Of a DNA stretch of 64,000 bases, positions 46,796 to 61,819 are shown piece after piece. The position numbers and the translations under genes were made by a program. Source of the stretch: the human T2T-CHM13v2.0 reference genome, Homo sapiens; assembly GCF_009914755.1 (NCBI RefSeq), contig NC_060927.1. One strand, given 5' to 3'. The notes beneath the pieces were generated by a model, which saw only the letters and a program-made list of their open reading frames with translations, was not told the origin of the DNA and made no database searches. The stretch's first letter is position 1; each line of letters opens with the position of its first letter.

Positions 46796-49700
46796 TGAGA
46801 CAGCTCCAAAGACTTATTGCTGACTGGGCCTAGCGGGGCTATTTCTCGTAAAACAATGCCAGTGATGTGATTATAATTGGCCAAGAGAATAGTTACTACA
46901 GATCCCACAAGTCCTGATGCAAAAATAATCATAATAATAATAACACAGCATCCTGTTGACCTTGGGCAAGTCACTTAACCACTCTGAGCTTCAGTCTCCT
47001 TCTCTAGGAGGGGGCTGGACAAGATGATCTCCAAGGTCCCATTTAGCTCTGTTTATAATTCAGAGACTTAAAAGATTTTGAGAAACACTCTGGCTGGCCC
47101 CTGCACAAGTCTATGATGCAGTGAAGCTCTGGAGAGGAGCTCTTCCTTGGTGTGCATTCAGGCACCAAAAAGAAGCATTGAAGAAATAAAAGGCAACGGC
47201 ACTTTGCTTCTCAGTGACTAGACTTGGGAGAGGAAAGAATTTCTGCTGAAAAGGATCAGAACTTGAGATGTAATTTATTTACATTGCGAAAATTCTACCA
47301 AGCATAGGATCCCTAATAATGTACAATTGTGTCTTATTGTTTCTTATCTTTCAGTAAGTTTTTCACCTTTTTTCTAAGGTTAACAGGAATGACTAAGATA
47401 AGAAAACTAAGGCACAACCAAGTCTTTCCACCCCTGCACCCAAAGCATCTTTTTTAGGCATCGAAAAGCTGTGCATCTAGACAACAGATGTCACCACAGA
47501 CTGGCTACTTGTCCTCCCTGAGAGAGGGAGGAAACAGCCTCTTCATAGGCAAATGGCTTGTACTCGTTGCATCTCAAACTCTGCCGGCAAAGCCATTTTC
47601 CTCCTCAGTTCACTTCACATGCTCAAGTACTTCAGTAAAGCCTCACAATTTAGGACTAGTTGGAAAGCCAGTAAGCTTCAGTAAAAAGACTGATCATTTT
47701 GAAAGTGAATAACTTCTGGGTGCTAAGGAAACATACAGAAAATTGTGTGCGTGTGTGTATGGTTAAAGAGGAGACCTACTGCAGTGAGCGGGATGACCTT
47801 ACTGTCATGCCTCCTGCCATCCTTGCTGCAGACTGCTCTCATGCACTTTGGACAGACATTTCACCTTGCTCTGTCCCCTGGCCATCCCTTCTCACACACA
47901 TCACACTGTATGGTGTGGGTATGTTTCTGGCCTCTGCCACCACAGTGAGGCTGGGTCGCTGAACAGAATCCACGCAGCCCCAGGTGGAGGTGATGAGGAG
48001 GGGAAGATGGTGAGAGATGAAAACTGAACAACTTAACTGTGCGCAGAACCACCGTGTGGCCCTGCGGAGAATGCCTCTGCAGGCTCAGGCCACGTGGCAA
48101 CCTTTCATGCTCTTCTGGGAGATGTTACTGGTTCAACCTGTTTGTTGTGCTAGACAAAGTGTAGAGAGAGAGAGACCCAGCTCTTCCCATGGGAGGTTAC
48201 CCTGCCCTCAGGAACAGGTAAGAGGTGGTACCAGCCATGGCAGCCCTCCCTACGTAGTCAATGTCAGACCAGCCTGCTTCCTAATCAACCCGATTCTCAG
48301 ACTCGGCCCTTCTCTGCTCTCCATTCCCTTTATCCAACACAGATTGGTTTGTCCTGGGCTAGGAGCCTCTAAACCCAGAGGGTTCATTCCCAACAAGGGA
48401 CAGGTTAGTTCTCTAACCCTAATTGCTGGGAGACCTTGTGCAAGTCAGTTCCCCTCTCTGGGCCTCAGTAGCCTGGGAGCAGAAGATTCTAATCTTCCTG
48501 CAGTTCCAGACCTCTACAGAACGACTCTGGTTTATATCCATAAATGTGTAGCAAGGAACACCCGCCTTGAGCCCATGGGCTCCCCAATTCCAGACATCAG
48601 GATTGGGACTGATGAGGACTGTCTTCACCTGTGTGGTGTGGCGAGACGATGTCTTTTTTCTTCCAGATTTTATTTCATAACAAAATGACTAAAATGAAGC
48701 TATCAGAATGAGGAAACAAAAGAGTTATAGTATTTCAGAGGAAGTAGTAAATATATTAACAAATAAATATGTCTCACATAGGGAGAACTTTTCTAAAAGA
48801 TGGAGATATCCAGCATATAATTTCTAAAACATAGAAAAATATTTGGGAATTGATTTGTGAAAAAAAATTGCCGAGGAAGTTATTTGTCAGAACTAGAAAT
48901 GAATATATCAGTATGTTCTAGTCTTCCAGTTTTATGCCTTTGAGCTGACAATTGGTTGTTGCTTTACTGACCAAAGACCTTTGGAAATTTTTGGAACATC
49001 AAGATCGCCAAGTTTTGATTTTGTAATTTCTCCCTTTTTCTTGCTTGAGGGCAATTGCCCAGGCTGGGTTCCTGTGTCGCTGGTGAGCAGTATCTGCACC
49101 AGCCTCCTTCATGCAGCACAAATTCCCTGCCCCTTGGAGAGCTTGTGGGGCCAGCCATCCTGGCTTGCCCAGGCAGGCTTGTGGAGTTTCCCAGGATTAG
49201 GGTCTTTTGGCACCAATACTAAGACATTCCCTGACATACATACAGCAAGCTGGTTACCCATCAAAGCCCCCCATATATACCAGTAGCCCCAAGACTACAG
49301 TTTCCCCTGAGCAGTGCATACCATCCAAATGGGATGGCCAAGAATACTCCGTGCTATACTGAGTCCAGTGTTTTCTCCCCTAATGCCCTTGGTCCATACT
49401 GCTGGGGTCTTTATGGTTCCCAGAAAATAAAGATGGCTACCTAAGGGCCTCTGATGTCTAGTCTTTTGCTTCCAGTGTGCATGCGGAAACCCTGTTAATC
49501 TGCTCAACCTACCTGCCCCCATTGCTACACCTTTCCAACATATCTTTGTAAAATTCTTTTAATATAAATTTAAAATATACCTTCTTTCGGAATAACTTGA
49601 TTCCAAGATGAGTAATATGATTAGTCATCTATACCCAGCCTAGCTTTGCTTGTAGGGATTTGTTCCCATGTCACTTCATTCCTTCTAGGGCTTTTTATGA

Positions 49701-50184
49701 AAACCACACCAGAATAACAAGAAGGTGCCTTCTCTGGCACAGCTGCAGAGAGTTCTGGGCCACCTGAGCCTGATCTTCCCCTCTCCCTCTGCCCCCGCCC
49801 ACAGCCCACTCCACCCCACTGCACAGAACCTTGGCTGCTGCAAGAGGGAACCCTCATATTCCAAGGGGAGCTAAGGCCCTGGTGATTGCAGTTAAAATGC
49901 AGAAAACGTTTTCCTGAGGGAGCAACGTAACATGAAATGGTTAGAGCTGTTACCAGGGAAGCTACTCTTCAGGGAAACTACTTGTTGAATGGAATTTTTG
50001 TGGACAACTTTTGTGTGCAATTTTGTGGAAAAATCATTTCCAAATGTCGCCATCTATACTAAAATATAAAATTAAGGTTCATTCTCTGAATTCTACCCTT
50101 TTCTTCCCCCGCCCTTCCAGAAAACCCTATGGCTAATAATGCCGTAAACAAGAAGAAAAAAAAATTGATTAAAATATCAGCATA

Positions 50185-50498
<314 letters not shown>

Positions 50499-51505
50499 TT
50501 AACTGAAAAATTCCCTTTGCCTCCTCTCCTGTTTCCTCATCTCTTCTCTGCTCCTAGCCCCTGGGTTTAGGCATCCTCCTGGCTTTAGTTCATCTGCAGA
50601 TGTTCCCAGGTGATAAGGCTGCCCCTTAACCTATAGCCTCAGCCAAGCAATATCCACTTAGACTCACTGCTCTGAGGACTGCCCCGCCCTGACATCAGCT
50701 TCCCTATCCTTTCCAGAAATATTTCTTTGAGACCTGCTGGCTACAGGATTATTAATACAGCTGACTTTGACTTTGTAGATCCTCCCCCACATTTTTAAAA
50801 AGAATATTTGCTACTCAGATCCTAGTGGCACCAAAAGGTAAGCAGCTACAGATGTTTCAACTCACCTTGCACTTGAGGGAGGCCTGGAGACCCACCTTCC
50901 CATGAGGGGTGTAGCCAGGAACTGACTTCCATGGTGGAGGAGCACAGCTGATATGTGCTCAGGATGGTGGTCACTTAAACTCCACACTTGTGGCCCCCAT
51001 TCGCCTTTGCTCCCTCTTTCAACCTCTGAGTGACACTCTACTTTCTGAGGCAACTGTGATTTAGTCACCTGGTGTGGTAAATGACCAGTGTTCCAGTTGC
51101 CTCCAACACAGTGATTTCCCTTTTCTTTGCCACCCAGGCAAAGTCTCAATGCCCCTGGGTCCCTTGAGTATCCAGCTAAAAGACTCTGCTCCTGTCCAGC
51201 CAAGCCCAGCCGGAATGGGTCCGGCTCCCACCTCTGTGCCTTCTCCTCCACCTGTGCAGTCCTCTTCTCTGTATTCTGACTGAGGTTCCACACCTAATTC
51301 AAACTCCTGCACCTGGGAGCATTTCCTCATAATCACATCCAACTCTGGTTGCGACCAGGTCCGTTCTATCCATACACACCCATGGCTATGGAGAACTATC
51401 CGGATAGTTTATACATCTTGGTGCGTGTTACATCCTTTCATGTCTAGTTGCTTCAGTTCCCCATTGCACTACGTAGTCCCTGAGTAAGGAAACCATGTCC
51501 TCTCA

Positions 51506-51948
51506 ATTGCTTGAACCTGGGAAGCAGAGGCTGCAGTGAGCCGAGATCGTGCCACTGCACTCCAGCCTGGGTAATGGAGTGAGACTTTGTCTCGAGGAAA
51601 AAAAAAAAAAAGAAACCATGTCTTCTCCAGCAGCCTAAGAATTGTAATTCTAGGTCGGGAGTGGTGGCTCACGCCTGTAATTCCAACACTTTGGGAGGCC
51701 GAGGCGGGTGGATCACGAGGTCAGGAGATTGAGACCATCCTGGCTAACACGGTGAAACCCTGTCTCCACTAAAAATACAAAAAATTAGCCAGGCGTGGTG
51801 GTGGGCGCCTGTAATCCCAGCTACTTGGGAGGCTGAGGCAGGAGAATGGTGTGACCCGGGAGGTGGAGCTTGCAGTGAGCCGAGATCGTGCCACTGTACT
51901 CCAGCCTGGGCAACAGAGCGAGACTCCATCTCAAAAAAAAAAAAAAAA
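51506..51948 (+). mobile_element. 5'-truncated Alu (51506-51611) plus full AluY/Sc-like element (51653-51948)
   Basis: TSDs gaaaccatgtc(c/t)tctc and aagaattgtaattcta respectively. Confidence 0.9.
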
Positions 51949-52074
51949 GAATTGTAATTCTAATTGTGGTAATAAAAATGATAAAATAGGTGATGATGGT
52001 GATAAACTGAAAAACATCCTGTGGTTTTGGATAATAATTTTATCCACCCATGCCTTTTATCAGAGGCAGTCTTG

Positions 52075-52490
52075 GGGTTAAGACTATGTGTTTTGCAGTC
52101 AAGCTCTGGGTTTGAATCCTGACCCTTCTGCTTATTAGCTGTGTGATCCTGGATGGCTTTCCTAACCTTTTCTCTGCCTCAATTTTGTCTGTAAAGTGGG
52201 GATAATAATAGTACCTGCCTCCTAGGGTTAAAAGATTTAGTGCATAGATAGTGCTTTAAATGGTCCCTGACAGATGGCCTACCTTCATACCTATTAGCGA
52301 CTGGGATCGCTTCTGGACACTCACCATGTGCCAGGCATTGTACTACTAAAGGCCACATGAGGATGATCTCGTGTAATTCTCATAATTATCACAACAATGC
52401 TGTGAAGTTGGTACCACTATTATCCCCGCTTTATAGATGAGAAAAATCCACAGCAAGGTTACATCATTTGCTAAGGACACATGGCTATTA
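52075..52490. mobile_element. Two MIR fragments in opposite orientation
   Basis: tctgggtttgaatcctg...ctgtaaagtggggataataatagtacct and attatccccgctttatagatgagaaaa. Confidence 0.65.
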
Positions 52491-52943
52491 ACATACAACC
52501 TTCCTAGATGGTGGGACCATGTCTCTCTCTTTAGATCATGTGCCCTCCTTCATCATAAAGAAATGTGAAACCACCATACTACCACCCCATTCTCAGGGTT
52601 GACAAATGGACCTTAAAGTGATGTTGCTCATCCCAAGCCATGAAGACACAAAATGTCATTGGCTTAATCTGAATAAGGGTTTACGGTCCCCTGGGGCAAA
52701 GGTGAGCAGGAACAGAGAGACAGCTAAGCTAAGAATCCATCCCATCTCCTTGAGAAAGGGACTCTGCACTCAGGACTAAGCAAACCACTGTACCTTAATC
52801 AGCTGCCTAAATTGGTCCCAGACTACTTCAGAAATAAATTTAAACTTTCTTGGTGTGAGGCCAGGGCAAGCTGGGAATGAAAGTGGCTTGAACAACACAA
52901 ATATGAGGGGCAACATCCCAGTCCAAAGTGACCCTCTCATTAC

Positions 52944-53067
52944 CTGCCATTTCCTTCTTGCCATGTACTTCTTCATCCGGTCCTTGGAGAGTTTCTTGGC
53001 CTCCATGTTCTTGGTATCTTTCATTAGCCATGGATGCTGAAGGCACTGCGTGCAGTCCAGGCGGTTT
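52944..53067 (-). CDS. MYLK: MYLK exon, fourth from last; kinase end plus autoinhibitory segment and start of the CaM-binding helix
   Basis: AG at 53068-53069 and GTAATG donor at 52943; 124 nt: NRLDCTQCLQHPWLMKDTKNMEAKKLSKDRMKKYMARRKWQ; phase matches both neighbours. Confidence 0.97.
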
Positions 53068-55599
53068 CTGACAGAGGCAGAGATCAGGAGATTTTTGAGC
53101 AGGAGGAGACCTCAGAGACCACTGGTTAGTTCAGAAATGGGAGGCCACCTGTCCCTGGTCATGAGGGCAGAGCCCAGGGCCCCTGCTCCTGGACCATCCA
53201 CCGTGATCAGGATCACTGTGCTCTTCACCTTTCTCCTCACTTGGTCTGGGTCACACTAACCAGAACCAGCATGGGTTGGTGTTAATGAAAGCCCAAGCAC
53301 CAAGGAAGTGACTGGGCTCCATGGCCTGCTCTTGGGATCGAGGAAGAGTAAGTGCTGCAGGGCAGACGTTTCTGGGATTGGCTGGCACCCTATTCCAGGG
53401 TGGCGTCATTCTGCTCCTCTCATGAGGGCTGGGGCCCACAAAGCCTAATCCTCCTGCCACCCTGTCTGGAGGAGGGGAGAGTTAAATCCTAGGATAAAAT
53501 CTCCGACAATCACTGAACTTTCATGTTTAATGTCTTACGGTGTTGTTGAATATCAGGTTTTTCCATTACAACTCAAAGAAGTAGGTCCTGCCTATAACCT
53601 ATGAATTATGACTACTTTAGAACTGCGCTGAAACTCACTTCATCTTTCTGAAAGCTCTGGGGATCTAGAAACATTTTAGAGCCATTGCCTTAACTGTAAC
53701 AGGACTAGGAAAGCCTAAAGAACCAAATGCTAACATACATAGAAAAATGACTGGAAAGAAGTATAGCAAAATGTAGTGAACTTTAGATAAAGGGATTATA
53801 GATGATTTAAATTTTATTATATTCTTCAAATCCTCTATAATTTTCATGCATTATTTTTATAGTAGGAAGGAATTTTTTTTTTAAGTGCTGATAGGTGGTG
53901 ATTTCTGGTTGAAGAGAGGCTGGGTATAAGAGTTTATGGGAATTTAGTGTCTTGATCTATTTGAATAAGATCAGTTCTTTGGTGAATCCATTTTATGAGC
54001 ACAGAGGGATCCAGTACAGCCTGTTACTGACTTAATTCAAGGTCAGATGAGAAAATAAGATATATACACACACAATACCTTGTTTACCAAATCTTCAGTG
54101 AATAAAGCTTGGATGACAAAAGCCATCCTTGTACCAGAGTTACTGAGGAGGTTTCCATCTCCTGAGGCACCTTGGGTGTGGGGGTCCCTCATATTGGAAG
54201 AGAATTTAGACTTCCCACAGTATCTCAGTTCTCCTTGGGTCATGCCCATTTCTGATACAGACTGTGACAGCAAAAGGCTAAAAAGATCTCATTGTCAAGG
54301 AGTGTAGAATGTGGCCTCTGGGGGAGTTTGGCCCTGAACTGGCTAAAAAGGACTGAGAGTGGGGTGCATCACAGGAAAGCCTGACAGAGCCATCTGAGAC
54401 ACTCCAATATTGCTCCTTCAGCAACTAACTGTGCCTTCCTGCCCCGAACAGCCATTCTTCCTCAGGGGAGCCATCGGCAGCCCCGCAAGGCTGCAAAGTC
54501 ACCTGGGAGTGCAGAGCCTCCTGCCCGCCCTGGAGCCAGGCCCCTCCCCTTCTCTCTAGCACGCCACCCATGTCAACACCACCCTTCTTGGCAAGGCTAC
54601 AACTGCTCCCTGGGATTGCCAAGTATAGCTCCAAGCTCCTCGGCACCCCTACAGTCAGGCCCTGCCTCATCTAGTCACCTATTTGCAGAGTGGGTGAGCT
54701 GCCCAATAGGCCAGCTGTTCTCACCTGAGTCCCACTGCTCCCTTTCCCTGGGCAGCTCTCCCTACACATGCAGAGCCCAGGACAGTTCCTTCCAGGAGAT
54801 TCTGTCTAGGCACACCCACTGCCCACCTTCAGCCAACCTCCCACTCTGGTCTCCTCTACAACTCCAAGCTCCAATCTTCTACTGAAACCCAGAGGGCTTG
54901 AGTGCCTGACCTTTCCCCACAGCCCATGCATGCTGACCTCCCACTGTTCACTTTCCTATGTTCACAGCTGCAGCAGGCACAGGTGGGGAACCTCAACAGA
55001 GGAGGAGCTGGGAGAGGGCTAAGCCCAGTGGTCTGGGATCATAGCCTCCCTTTGGCCAGATGTTAGAACGTACCTGGCTGTATTCAAGCAGGCAGTTATT
55101 AAATAACTGAGATATAAAAAAACACTAAGCCAGAATAATAATAATAATCTGGGGATATGATCGGGACCCACAGAGAAGTTCTAAGATGCCCGTGTCCTCT
55201 GCTCTTGCTTGTTGAGAGGGTCCTTCCCCTGCAGCCCCTGAAGAGGGCTGTGGCTGGCCACAACTGTACCCAGAAAATAAGAAGGGTGGTCATTATTCAC
55301 ACAGAACAGCTGCCCCTTGCTCTGTAACGTGGTCAAGTGTCGCTTTTCAAGTCAGGTGTCTGAGCCTCTGAAGGTGAATCCCATGTCTAGCTCCAGGGGG
55401 CAGGGCCTAGGAAGTCGCCTCCCCAACCCACATGCATTCGGGTCTCTTACCATGCCCACCCTCCCTTCCTCAGGGAATGCTAGGAACGACCCAAGGCGGG
55501 GTGGCAAGGAGGGCACCCCAACAGGCAAAGGAATCCCCCTTTGCTTCCCAACACAGGGCAGGGAGTAGGGAAGCAAAGACTGAAATCCCAACTCATTAC

Positions 55600-55752
55600 T
55601 TCATATCTTTCTTCAGCAGATTGCTGATGAAATCCTTGGCATCGTCGGAGATCTCATCGAATGCCTCGTCGTCGAAGTCCCAGGTGGCTGAGGTAACGTT
55701 GGCCAAGGTTTCGTTATCGTTGTCTCCCATGAAGGGGGAAAGGCCACTGACT
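55600..55752 (-). CDS. MYLK: MYLK exon, fifth from last; kinase domain C-lobe
   Basis: ctccAG acceptor at 55753-55754 and GTAATG donor at 55599; 153 nt: VSGLSPFMGDNDNETLANVTSATWDFDDEAFDEISDDAKDFISNLLKKDM(K). Confidence 0.97.
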
Positions 55753-56499
55753 CTGGAGAGACAAGAGCAGGACAGCAGGTGTGGCTAGGAGAGGGCGCGA
55801 CGACCAGGTGAGTGGTAACTGAGGTCAAAGGCGAGGGTCGGCCAGCCTCCCCACCCCCAAACTCATGCTCTGTGGGCCTTGCACCTGCCTTTCTTCCACT
55901 TGTGGAAAGAAAAGAGGGTGTGGTTCACAGCCCTGTCTTTTCTTGGTCACCTGCCTCTTGACACCACCTACCTGTGAGGCTGAGGTGCAGCAGGTTGGCT
56001 TTAGATTACGGGCTTCTGCAGGGTACGCGGCAGGGCTGATAAGTCCCTCTGTCCTGGTTTTCTATTATTCCCCAAAGCCCAGGCTAGAGCCTTCTCCAAG
56101 CCCCTTCCTCCCGTGCTCCTGCCCCCTCTCTGTGGACTGGGCACATGGTAGTGATCACCACTGCACCCTTCTGTCCCCTCCTTCCCACCTCTCTCCACAC
56201 ACCTTCAGCTCCAAGAAGAGGGCCCGGCAAATAAGAGAGGCTCAGCAAGTGAAGTGTGTGCCCAATGGATAGATGGACTTTGAATCAGCAATGTAGGTTC
56301 GGGGAACTTGAGGCATTTATGCCAAACTAGAAAACTTCCCTATGAGGTGCCATGGCAGAGGACAGAGTGCAGCCTCTCCGCTTGCTGTATGGCCTTGGAC
56401 AATTCCCTGATCTGTGTCAGTTTTCTCCTCTAAAATGGAGAAGCTGCCATTTAACTATAGGGTGGTCACTTCTTCATCCTCATCATCATCATGATGGCA

Positions 56500-56735
56500 G
56501 CAGACATTCATTGAGGTTTTTCTATGTGCCAGGCACTGGGTCAAGTGCCTAAAACAAGTGAACTCACTTAATCTTAACACTGCCCTATGATGCAAGTAAT
56601 TCTTATAACTTTGTTTTACAGATGAGGGAATTGAGGCACAGCCCAGGCTCAAGTCACCTGCCCAAAGATTCACAGCCAGTGAGATTGGAAGCCAGGTATC
56701 TGCCTCTAGAGCCTGTCCTCTTAAATGCTATACTA
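56500..56735. mobile_element. MIR
   Basis: ctatgtgccaggcactg...ttttacagatgagggaattgaggcacag...ctgcccaaagattcacagc. Confidence 0.7.
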
Positions 56736-56911
56736 TCCTAACATTTCTGTAAAGATGAAGTAAATTGCAATGTTCAGCACTGGCACCAGGCCTGGTCCAC
56801 AGTAAGGAGGCGGTCCATGCCCGGAGATCTCATGCAGTTCTGCTGGGTTCCCTCCACTGCCTTACCAAGCTGTGAGTGCAGGAATGACTTTGTGACCAGC
56901 AGCTTAAGCCA

Positions 56912-56917
56912 AATAAA
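56912..56917 (+). terminator. Candidate polyadenylation signal for the antisense lncRNA
   Basis: AATAAA ~290 nt downstream of a MIR-derived plus-strand acceptor (ttgttttacAG 56621). Confidence 0.35.
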
Positions 56918-57042
56918 CTTTATAAGGTAAAGAATTTCAAAACAAAATAGAGCAGATTTGTGGCTTACTGACCTTACCTCTCACCTCTGTGCACCTCACC
57001 TTCATAGCAACAACTCACCCCACTGTTCATGAGGGCCTTGTG

Positions 57043-57567
<525 letters not shown>

Positions 57568-57815
57568 TCAACCTGTCAAGTTAGGGCTTTACCAATGTCC
57601 CTTCTCCCAAATGCTTATGAATCCATCATCATAAGCCAAGCACTGACAGCTTCAGGAGTAAGGCTTTGGTTGAGTTTGACAGAACAAACCCCACTTGAAA
57701 TATTGGGAGAAAAAGCTTGCCATGGGAGGAACCCTCTGGTGAAACCTTTTGTAAAGAGAAGAAAGCTTTTACAATGTGAATTGTCTCATCCTAATCAACA
57801 TATTTGTGTTTCTGA

Positions 57816-58299
<484 letters not shown>

Positions 58300-58932
58300 C
58301 AGCTTCTCCTTTTATACATCAAGGGGACTAGGCTAGATTTCCTAGGGGCCTCCCAGCTCTCTCTGTCTCTGTGACCCCGACCCCCACGTGGCCCATGCAA
58401 GCCCCATCAGGAAGCAGCCTGTCTCTTGCCTGTCAGCCACCTGCTGCTTCTTTACATTTTCCACTGGAAACAGAGAGGGGGGAAGTCCGGCAGTACTCCA
58501 AAAGATGGCAGGAAAAGCAAACAACCCTGCTGTGGAATGCAGAAAGTTCCCCTTCTGCAAACCTCCCTTCCTTATTAGGAACTATAATCCTGCAAAGATA
58601 GGTCTTAATCTCTGCAACTCTGGGCACAGTCAGGGAGAGCCTCCTCGCCTCTGGCCTCTGGCACTCCTCCTTCCTGGCAGCCTATCCATCTGAAATACTC
58701 TCCTCACCCTGCCTGGCTCCTTGCCTGCCCAAGTTCCCCCAGCATTCTTCCTATTAAAGAGCATGTGTCTGGAATAAAAAATATAATACATACACAGCAT
58801 GTTGACAAAGAGGGTGTTTGAATTTTCAGTAATGCTGTTGCTGGGTGGTGGGGTTTTACAGGATTTTTAAAAACCTTTTTGGGGAACTTTTTCTTTGTGG
58901 CAGAATTTGCATAAGGGATCATGTCTTTTAAT

Positions 58933-59551
58933 TTTTTTTTTTTTTTTTGAGATGCGGTCTTGTTCTATTGCCCAGGTTGGAGTGCAGTAGTGCGATCTCA
59001 GCTCACTGAACCTCTGGCTCAAGCGATCCTTCCACCTCAGTCTCCTGAGTAGCTGGAACCACAGGTGCGCGCCAACACACCTGGCTAATTTTTTGTATTT
59101 TGGTAGAGATGGGGTTTCACCATGTTGCCCAGGCTAGTCTCAAATTCCTGAGCTTAAGCAATCCTCCCACCTCTGCCTCCCAAAGTGCATTACAGGCATG
59201 AGCCACTGTGCCCAGCCTTGTCTTTTTATTTATAAAATAGTCATTATTATTATTTCTTTTTATTTTTTTGAGACAGAGTCTCGCTCTGTCACCCAGGCTG
59301 GAATACAGTGGCGTGATCATGGCTCATTGCAGCCTCAACCTCCCCAGGCTTAGGTGACCCTCCCACCTAAGCCACCCAAGTAGCAGGGACCACAGGCGCA
59401 CGCCACCATGCCCAGCTACCTTATGTATTTCTTGCAGAGATGGGGTTTTGCCATGTTGCCCAGGCTGGTCTCAAACTCCTGGGCTCAGGCCATCCACTCA
59501 CCTTGGCCTCCCAAAGGGCTGGGAGTATAAGCATGAGCCACTGCGCCCAGC
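58933..59551 (-). mobile_element. Two AluJ-type elements (58933-59217; 59255-59551)
   Basis: Reverse Alu dimers with T tails. Confidence 0.85.
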
Positions 59552-61819
59552 TAGATAACAGTCATTATTTGTTAAAAAAATCAACCGGTCAACAAATAAT
59601 GTTAGCATTAAAACACCTCTTTATCTCCCTGGTCTTATCTAGTTTTTAACTAATGGATTGATCTGTTTTTCACAAAACTATAATCAGTCTGGGCAAGTCC
59701 TTGGATGCTTTACTTTTTCTTCACTGGATGTATCAAGTACAGCCAGACTCTACATGTTGATTTTTAGTGGTCAAATATTAGTCTTTGTGCTGATGAAACA
59801 CAATGGTCATGAATGCAGGGCATTCTAATTTCTTAATTCTCAGCTCATTGCCAAAGAAATTCCCCCAGGGAATCTGATGTGGAAGCCTGTTTGGCTGTGG
59901 GGGCAGAAGGTTAGGAGAGCAGAGGGTGCAGAAATGCCTCTTGGACTACACTTTCTGTGTGTGTGTGTGCGTGTATGTGTGTGGGTTTTAAGAAATGGGG
60001 GTCTCGCTATATCAGCCAGGCTGGTCTTGAACTCCTGATCTCAAGTGATCCTCCCATCATAGCCTCCTGAGTAGCTGGGACCACAGGTGCACACTACTGC
60101 ACCTGGCTTCTGTGTTGTGTTTCAAGCAGCAGACAGATGCCCCGACTGTACCAGTGGCCAGCTAAGGGGACCACACATCTGCTGATGGAACTACTGACTG
60201 CTAGGAAGGGGTTAGTCTTTTATCCATATTAGCCATCTGATACTCTGGTGGGAGAGCTGAGAGGGCTGAGTAGGTCCACAGGAAGAGCTGTGCATCATTT
60301 TGTGGACTGGCCGAGGAAGCAGCGACCTGGGGTTTAGTTGTGTTAGTAAAAGTTGAAGGTGGTGGCCGGGCTTGGAGAGGGAACAGGGATCCTAGGGCTG
60401 GAATCAGAGCGTATTTCCAGGCTCAGCAGCAGAGAGGGCAGCGGCAGCCCCAGGTGGGGAAGGCAGAGGTTACTGGATCTGGCTGAGGAGCCCTGCAGTC
60501 AGACCCTGGTCTGAGGAGGCCCCCGATGCCCCGGCACTGTGACCCCTCCTCAGCTGACTGGGCAGCTGTCACCAGAAGAGCTGACCTGCCTCCCCACCAT
60601 ACACACCTCTCCTCCCTCCTGGCATCTCCCGACCACACACCAGGGTGGGGAGGGACAGCTGACAGCTGTCTGCACCACGGTGGGTGTTGGACAAACAAAC
60701 AAGCATGAATGGGAAGGCTGTGCTGCTGGGCCTGGTCAGGAAGAGGCAGGAGGAGGAAGCAGAGCAGCCATTGCTGGTTCGCTCTGGCTTGAGGGAGGCT
60801 GGGAGAGAAGGCATTGTGGAGTAGGGTGAGGGAAGGGCTCGGAGAAGAGCTGTTGTGGCCTCCCCACAGGCAGCAAGGAAGTACCAAGTCCAGGAAGTAG
60901 GGGAGGGAGACAGCAGGGGGAGGAGGGCTCTTAAACGGAGGTGGACTTAGGATTTCTCCCGTATGGAAGTGTGGCCTCCAGCTCTCTGGTATTCTCACTT
61001 CCTGCCAGAAACCACATGGGTATTGCTAACTTCAGAAGGTCTCTAGGTACTCACACAACCTACTATCTCCTTTCAGGATCCGGGGTAAGAGTGTGGGGGC
61101 TCCACGACCCCATTCTGCTCCTTCCCTATAGGGCCAGAAACTGCCCTGATGGCTGGGCTGGGTGGGAGAGAGTAAAGTCACATCGTCCTATGGTGACACG
61201 GTCTGTTGCCTTCCCTTCCAACTCCCTGGCCTCTCCATCTCTCACTGGCCCCAGAAAGGAGAACAGGAGGGGCTCTGTGGTACAAAGGTGGAAGTCGCCC
61301 TGACAGGGACTGCCCGACAGATGACTAGGCTCCAAAGAGAGGGATAGAGTGGGCCAGAGGATGCCATGAGGGCCACCAGAGAGCCTCTTTTGGGTGCTCC
61401 CAGCAGTGGCTCCAGAGTTCTGCATAGCAGGCGCTTAAAGGAAACCATCTCCTTGGCGCCAATGTTTGTTTTCAGCACCGCTCTCTGTTGAGAGCCCTGG
61501 CTTGCCGGGGGAACTCCCTGACTTCCATCCATGCTGAGAGAGCCAGGCTGGAAAAGCCCCAGAGGGCAGTGGCTCACAGTGGGGGTCCAGGAGCTAAGAT
61601 GTGGCACAGGATTGATCCAGCCTGAGTCAGTGCCACCTGGCCTGGGTCCTTGCCACACACACACCCCTCCTCCCTCCTGACAACCCTCTGCCCAAGCACT
61701 GGCAGCATCAAAACTATCTTCTCCCCATTTCCAAAACTCTGCCCTAGTTCTTGGTCTTTGCTTTAAAAGTAATCTGGTAAACAAGGTAACATAGTGCCCA
61801 AATTACTATGTTCCTCCAC

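Noticed and set aside
48017-48688. 223-aa ATG-initiated plus-strand ORF in a MYLK intron
   Set aside because: No recognisable protein features and includes MIR-like sequence; would need PhyloCSF or Ribo-seq support.
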